The position numbers and the translations under genes were made by a program. Positions 60,028-64,000 of a stretch of DNA of 64,000 nt are shown here, one piece after another. Where the stretch lies: the NCBI GenBank assembly GCA_963662465.1, contig OY759599.1, positions 1,600,001 through 1,664,000 of the forward strand, given 5' to 3'. The DNA comes from Desulfatiglandales bacterium (GTDB lineage Bacteria > Desulfobacterota > DSM-4660 > Desulfatiglandales > Desulfatiglandaceae). The notes under the pieces are model-generated. The model was not told where the DNA came from and did no database searches. It saw only the letters and a program-made list of their open reading frames with translations. Positions within the stretch are counted from its first letter, which is position 1; the number at the start of each line of letters is the position of its first letter.

Positions 60028-60519
60028 ATGGGCCATCAAAAATATATTTCTTTTTTCCTCGTGGCAATTTTAGCAGCATGGGTTCTTGCGGGTTGCTATC
60101 CCAAAAGGGTGGGTCCCGAAGGTCCCGAAGGAAAGCGGTTAACCTGGGCTGAAATGAACCATTCTCAGCGCAAAGTGTTCATGGGCAAGGAAATTCTACC
60201 CCGCGCGGCCGTTCTTTTCAAAGAGTGGCGGCCGAAACGTTTTGCCGGTGTAGACTGCACACTGTGTCACGGATCCGGGGTAAACACGGGAAATTTTCAT
60301 ATGCCCACTTCCCATCTCCCCAGGCTCAGCGGTGAATTGTTCCTGGGACCCGAGTTCAAAAAATATCCGGAGACAACCCAACTGAAGCTGGATCGCCTCG
60401 TGCCCATGATGGCCGAAACCCTTGGTGTGAAGCCCTTCAGCATTGTCACCCAAACCGGATTCGGATGCTATTCCTGTCATTTAGGCCCATCGGGGCCCAT
60501 GTTTGGGAACCAGCTTTAA
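60028..60519 (+). CDS. Diheme c-type cytochrome lipoprotein
   Basis: Lipobox LAGC; CTLCH and CYSCH. Confidence 0.75.
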   Translation: MGHQKYISFFLVAILAAWVLAGCYPKRVGPEGPEGKRLTWAEMNHSQRKVFMGKEILPRAAVLFKEWRPKRFAGVDCTLCHGSGVNTGNFHMPTSHLPRLSGELFLGPEFKKYPETTQLKLDRLVPMMAETLGVKPFSIVTQTGFGCYSCHLGPSGPMFGNQL

Positions 60520-60633
60520 GACAGAAAGGGCGATGGAAAGTCGTTTAAAAAACCGTTTCTACAGGCCCGGCTCACTGCCATTTACGATGCAGACATGGCT
60601 GCTTTTCACGGTCTTGAAAAAATGAGGTAAACC

Positions 60634-61191
60634 ATGCAAAACCGATCCGGAATCCTAAGGACGTTCATCGCCTGCGCCGTATTGATAATCAACGGCTGCG
60701 CCTGCCCCCCCTCTACGAAGTACATCGACCAGACGGTGGCGTCGGTCGAACTGCCCCGATATATGGGAAAATGGTATGCCATCGCTTCTCTCCCTGCCTG
60801 GTTTCAGAAGAACTGCTACTGTGTCACGGCGGAATATTCACTGCAGCAGGACCACGTAAAAGTGGTCAACGCATGTCGAAAAGGGTCTCCGGAGGGACCT
60901 TTGAAAGTGAGTACCGCCAAAGCTTTTGTGGTCCCCAATACGGGCAATTCCCGGCTCAAGGTTCAGTTCTTCCGGCCTTTCAAAGGGGATTACTGGGTGA
61001 TTGCCCTGGATGATGACTATCGATACGCCATGGTCGGACACCCTTGCAGAAAGTATCTCTGGATTCTGAGCCGCACACCCACCATGGATGAAAAAACCTA
61101 TGCCATGCTCGTTGAGACAGCAAAGTCCAAGGGATATGATGTTGAAAAGCTCGAACGCATTCCTCAGGAATGTCCGCCCGCGATTGATTAA
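60634..61191 (+). CDS. blc: Lipocalin (Blc-like) lipoprotein
   Basis: RYMGKWYAIA, TAEYSL, LKVQFF, DYWVI, LWILSRTP. Confidence 0.9.
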   Translation: MQNRSGILRTFIACAVLIINGCACPPSTKYIDQTVASVELPRYMGKWYAIASLPAWFQKNCYCVTAEYSLQQDHVKVVNACRKGSPEGPLKVSTAKAFVVPNTGNSRLKVQFFRPFKGDYWVIALDDDYRYAMVGHPCRKYLWILSRTPTMDEKTYAMLVETAKSKGYDVEKLERIPQECPPAID

Positions 61192-61279
61192 TACTGTCAA
61201 AGCAATCGGGAGACCGAATCCAATTTGAAACCGTTTCTTTATAAACATCAGACAGAGTAATTCCGAGGAGGAATGGATT

Positions 61280-61522
61280 ATGCCGATGATAGCTGTACCA
61301 GCTCATTTCGATGGTGAGCGAATTCGCTTGGATGAGCCATTTGACTTGAAGCCGAATACGAAACTGATTGTTACTATTCTTGCAGAAAAAGAACCTGGAA
61401 GTGACCATGAAAGTTGGTCGAATTTGTCAAGTCAGAGACTGGAAGACGCATACGGAAAGAACGAGCCTGAATACTCTTCAAACTTGATCAAGGAGGCGAA
61501 TCCCGACTATGAAAGAAGGTGA
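61280..61522 (+). CDS. Putative antitoxin of the adjacent MazF/PemK-type toxin
   Basis: GAGGAGG RBS; AHFDGERIRLDEP..W..LS...L..AY...EPEY; overlaps the toxin start. Confidence 0.7.
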   Translation: MPMIAVPAHFDGERIRLDEPFDLKPNTKLIVTILAEKEPGSDHESWSNLSSQRLEDAYGKNEPEYSSNLIKEANPDYERR

Positions 61523-61863
61523 TGTTATTCTTACACCAGTTCCCCAAGCTGACGGCAAACTAAAGGAAAGGCCTGCAATTTTCCTGCGGGAAATGCCCCC
61601 CTATCGTGATCTGCTTGTCTGTGGCGTCAGCACACAGTTACACCGGCATGTCAAAGATTTTGACGAGCTTCTCTCGCCTGCCGATGGGGATTTCAAGGCA
61701 AGTTGTATTCGAAAAAAAATCACTGATTCGACTCGGCTTTTTAGCTGTATTACCGCGCTATCGTGTGCTTGGTTCAATTGGTTCCATCTCAGCTGAGCGT
61801 CACAAACGTCTTTTGAGAAAACTGAGTGATTACCTCAACGATTCTACTAAAACAACAGGTTGA
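61509..61863 (+). pseudogene. MazF/PemK-family toxin, frameshifted at an A8 run (61712-61719)
   Basis: GDVIL..PQADG..K.RPA..VCGVST, continuing in another frame as SLIRLGFLAVL..GSIGSIS..RLL. Confidence 0.75.
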
Positions 61864-61889
61864 AATCCCAAGAGATGAATCTCTATAGT

Positions 61890-61968
61890 GAAGAAGATGG
61901 AAGGCTTCATGATCCCCATCCGCCTTTAAGCATTACGTATGGAAAGTCGTTTAAAAAACCGTTTCTTT
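61890..61968 (+). repeat. Mosaic of three exact collinear copies of upstream sequence
   Basis: 61890-61920=59477-59507; 61924-61938=59893-59907; 61939-61966=60533-60560. Confidence 0.9.
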
Positions 61969-62060
61969 CTTGATCAATTCTTTTTGGCGTGCGAAAATAC
62001 GACGATTGATGTCGACTGCGCTTGCTTTTGCTTTCCTTAAACTTTGAACGGGGATAAAAT

Positions 62061-62813
62061 ATGAACCATATCACGGCCATCGGATTTGATCTCTTTAATA
62101 CACTGGTTATGGCACAACCGGATATCCTGGACCGGGCCTTTCCCCGGTTGCAACAGAGCCTGGAACAGGACGGGATTTTTCCGGAAGCGAAAGCCTTTAG
62201 AAAGACCTATTACGAAACGGCCATGGCGTTTGTCAAAAAAACCCGGGAAGATGGCAGGGAAACCCATAACCGTTTCTGGATCAGTGCCGCGCTCAAAAAA
62301 TTCGGGTACCAGGCGCCGCCGGATGATCCCAGGATATCCGCCGCGGTTGAGGCTTATTTCTCCGTCTTTTACGATTGCTGCCACAGGGTGCCCGGAACCA
62401 AAGCCATGCTTCAGGAATTGAAGGGAGACTATCAACTTGGACTGCTCTCCAACTTCACCCATTGGCCGGCCGCTCTTAAGATTATAGATCGCGTGGGGCT
62501 AACGCCGTTTTTTGAGATTCAACTCATATCCGGGCAACTGGGCTATCGAAAACCTCACAAGCATGTCTTTCAAAAACTGATCGAGGGCTTTGGGGTGCAA
62601 AGCGCCGAAATCATGTACGTGGGCGATGATGTGGATGCCGATATAAACGGGGCCTTAGGGTCTGGGCTTCAGCCGGTCTGGTTTACGTACGTTCTGGATA
62701 AGAAGCCGCCCATTCCCTCTGTCATGGCGCCCAATCCGGGCGCCGTACCTCCTGAAAATGTGCCCCGGGTTTCCACGTGGGCAGAATTTCCAGCGTTATT
62801 AAAGACAGTATAA
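62061..62813 (+). CDS. HAD-superfamily hydrolase
   Basis: FDLFNTL, LLSN, RKP, YVGDD..DI.GA. Confidence 0.9.
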   Translation: MNHITAIGFDLFNTLVMAQPDILDRAFPRLQQSLEQDGIFPEAKAFRKTYYETAMAFVKKTREDGRETHNRFWISAALKKFGYQAPPDDPRISAAVEAYFSVFYDCCHRVPGTKAMLQELKGDYQLGLLSNFTHWPAALKIIDRVGLTPFFEIQLISGQLGYRKPHKHVFQKLIEGFGVQSAEIMYVGDDVDADINGALGSGLQPVWFTYVLDKKPPIPSVMAPNPGAVPPENVPRVSTWAEFPALLKTV

Positions 62814-62898
62814 ACTGAAACAAAGACCCTCCTCAAGGGTCATTCTTCTTCCTTCGTCAATCAATAACGAGAAACAAACAAAGGCGAGGTATTGGCAT

Positions 62899-63489
62899 AT
62901 GAAAATGAAACAGATAGCGCTCGTGGTTTTAACGATTTTCCTGTTGTTAATGCTGTTAAACGGAACAGTCGTGGCCCAGGGTCAAAACGCCGAAGAAGTT
63001 CCCACAGAAGTGCCTACCCGCATCGGTTTTGCACTGAGCTATGGCAACAGCTTCCATCCCAACAATGAAATCGGGTTTCTCATGGCCAACTATCTGGCCC
63101 TGTTTGACTATGACAAGATCTGGCCCCACAGTGCACCGGAAAATCTGCGATTCAAACTGGAGTTGAGCCTCGGCTCTACCACTACCCCTGACCAGTGGGT
63201 CATGGCATCGGGTTCCATGCTGGCCCTTTATTACCTGGACTTTCTGAATTCAGCCGCTGTTCGGCCCTACATTGAGGGCGGCATCGGGCTTATTTACACG
63301 GGGTTTCGTGTGGAAGGCCAGGGATCCCATCTCAATTTCAACCCCAAGGCGGGATTCGGCCTGGAGTTTCCCCTCGGCCGTGAATCGTTGTTTACATCCC
63401 TGCGCTGGGACCATCTGTCAAACGCATATTTGAGTCGGGATAATACGAGCGTGGATTCGGTGATTTTGATGTTCGGCGTTTACTTTTAG
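62899..63489 (+). CDS. PagL-like acyloxyacyl hydrolase / outer-membrane beta-barrel
   Basis: Signal peptide; PYIEGGIG, NFNP..G.G, HLSNA; terminal Phe. Confidence 0.8.
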   Translation: MKMKQIALVVLTIFLLLMLLNGTVVAQGQNAEEVPTEVPTRIGFALSYGNSFHPNNEIGFLMANYLALFDYDKIWPHSAPENLRFKLELSLGSTTTPDQWVMASGSMLALYYLDFLNSAAVRPYIEGGIGLIYTGFRVEGQGSHLNFNPKAGFGLEFPLGRESLFTSLRWDHLSNAYLSRDNTSVDSVILMFGVYF

Positions 63490-63496
63490 CGTAACC

Positions 63497-63587
63497 GTTC
63501 ACAGGGGCAGGGGACAGTTGTCAGGGGACAGGATAAAATTCGAGGCTTAGATGTTCTGATTTTTCTGCATCCTGACAACTGCACCCT
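63497..63587. repeat. REP-like element related to 36425-36491
   Basis: GTTCACAGGGGCAGGGGACAGTTGTCAGG ... CCTGACAACTG. Confidence 0.65.
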
Positions 63588-63604
63588 TATTCAAGGAGGA
63601 AGCT

Positions 63605-64000
63605 TTGACCTGTAATATTCTGATTGTCTACCATTCCCAAAGCGGAAATACTCAAAAAATGGCCGAAAAGGCAGCCGAAGGCGCCAGGTTCATAGAGGGC
63701 GTCGATGTTTTGTTGAAAAGGGCCTCAGAAGCGACCCTTGAAGATTTGCTGGCATGCCATGGACTGCTCATCGGTTCCCCCGAGTACTTTGGTTACATGG
63801 CCGGAGTGGTCAAGGATTTTTTTGACAGGACCTATAATCAAGCGCACGGTAGAAAAGACGTTTTTAAAAAACCGTACGGGGTCTTTATCAGTGCCGGAAA
63901 TGATGGGACCGGGGCTTTAAACCATATTGAAAGAATTTGTTTGGGGTATCCGTTTAAAAAAGTTTTGCCACCCGTGGTTTCAAAAGGTGAGATTGACGGG
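63605..64000 (+). CDS. Flavodoxin/WrbA-like protein (runs off the window)
   Basis: AGGAGG RBS, TTG start; ILIVYHSQSGNTQKMA..GSPEYFGYMAG..KDFFDR. Confidence 0.85.
   Translation, partial: MTCNILIVYHSQSGNTQKMAEKAAEGARFIEGVDVLLKRASEATLEDLLACHGLLIGSPEYFGYMAGVVKDFFDRTYNQAHGRKDVFKKPYGVFISAGNDGTGALNHIERICLGYPFKKVLPPVVSKGEIDG

Overview
Bacterial chromosomal window, most likely from Desulfobacterota (inferred from gene content: DUF4416-yicC-remA-gmk, several Cache/PAS hybrid kinases, characteristic MITE/REP repeats). Positions ~1-9.7 kb are an AT-richer accessory region. There, minus-strand cargo genes are separated by degenerate copies of shared non-coding modules. The cargo is an orphan Cys-x-x-Gly repeat RiPP-precursor-like peptide, a secreted repeat protein, a caspase-DUF1566 fusion and two hypotheticals. 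Positions ~8.4-11.7 kb hold gene fragments (DUF4338, RAYT, lasso-type cyclase/kinase/sulfotransferase, rpe) around a Phd-VapC pair. The rest is mostly core or metabolic: trkAH, a frameshifted rfaE1, yicC-remA-gmk, a complete trpEGDCFBA operon with a Trp3 leader attenuator, an S8 protease, pyrD and two-component genes. It also carries a eukaryote-type 6-phosphofructo-2-kinase/fructose-2,6-bisphosphatase clustered with class I FBPase, thiamine salvage genes, an RNA-ligase-like gene next to hipBA, a YbjT/PEP-utiliser/PNPOx operon, ybgA, a diheme lipoprotein, a lipocalin and a frameshifted MazF-type TA pair. The best candidates for undescribed biology are the putative bacterial Fru-2,6-P2 module, the orphan CxxG-repeat precursor, the modular intergenic repeat system, a collinear micro-mosaic at 61.9 kb and the RNA ligase/HipA pairing. 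All family calls come from motif recognition by eye; no searches were run.
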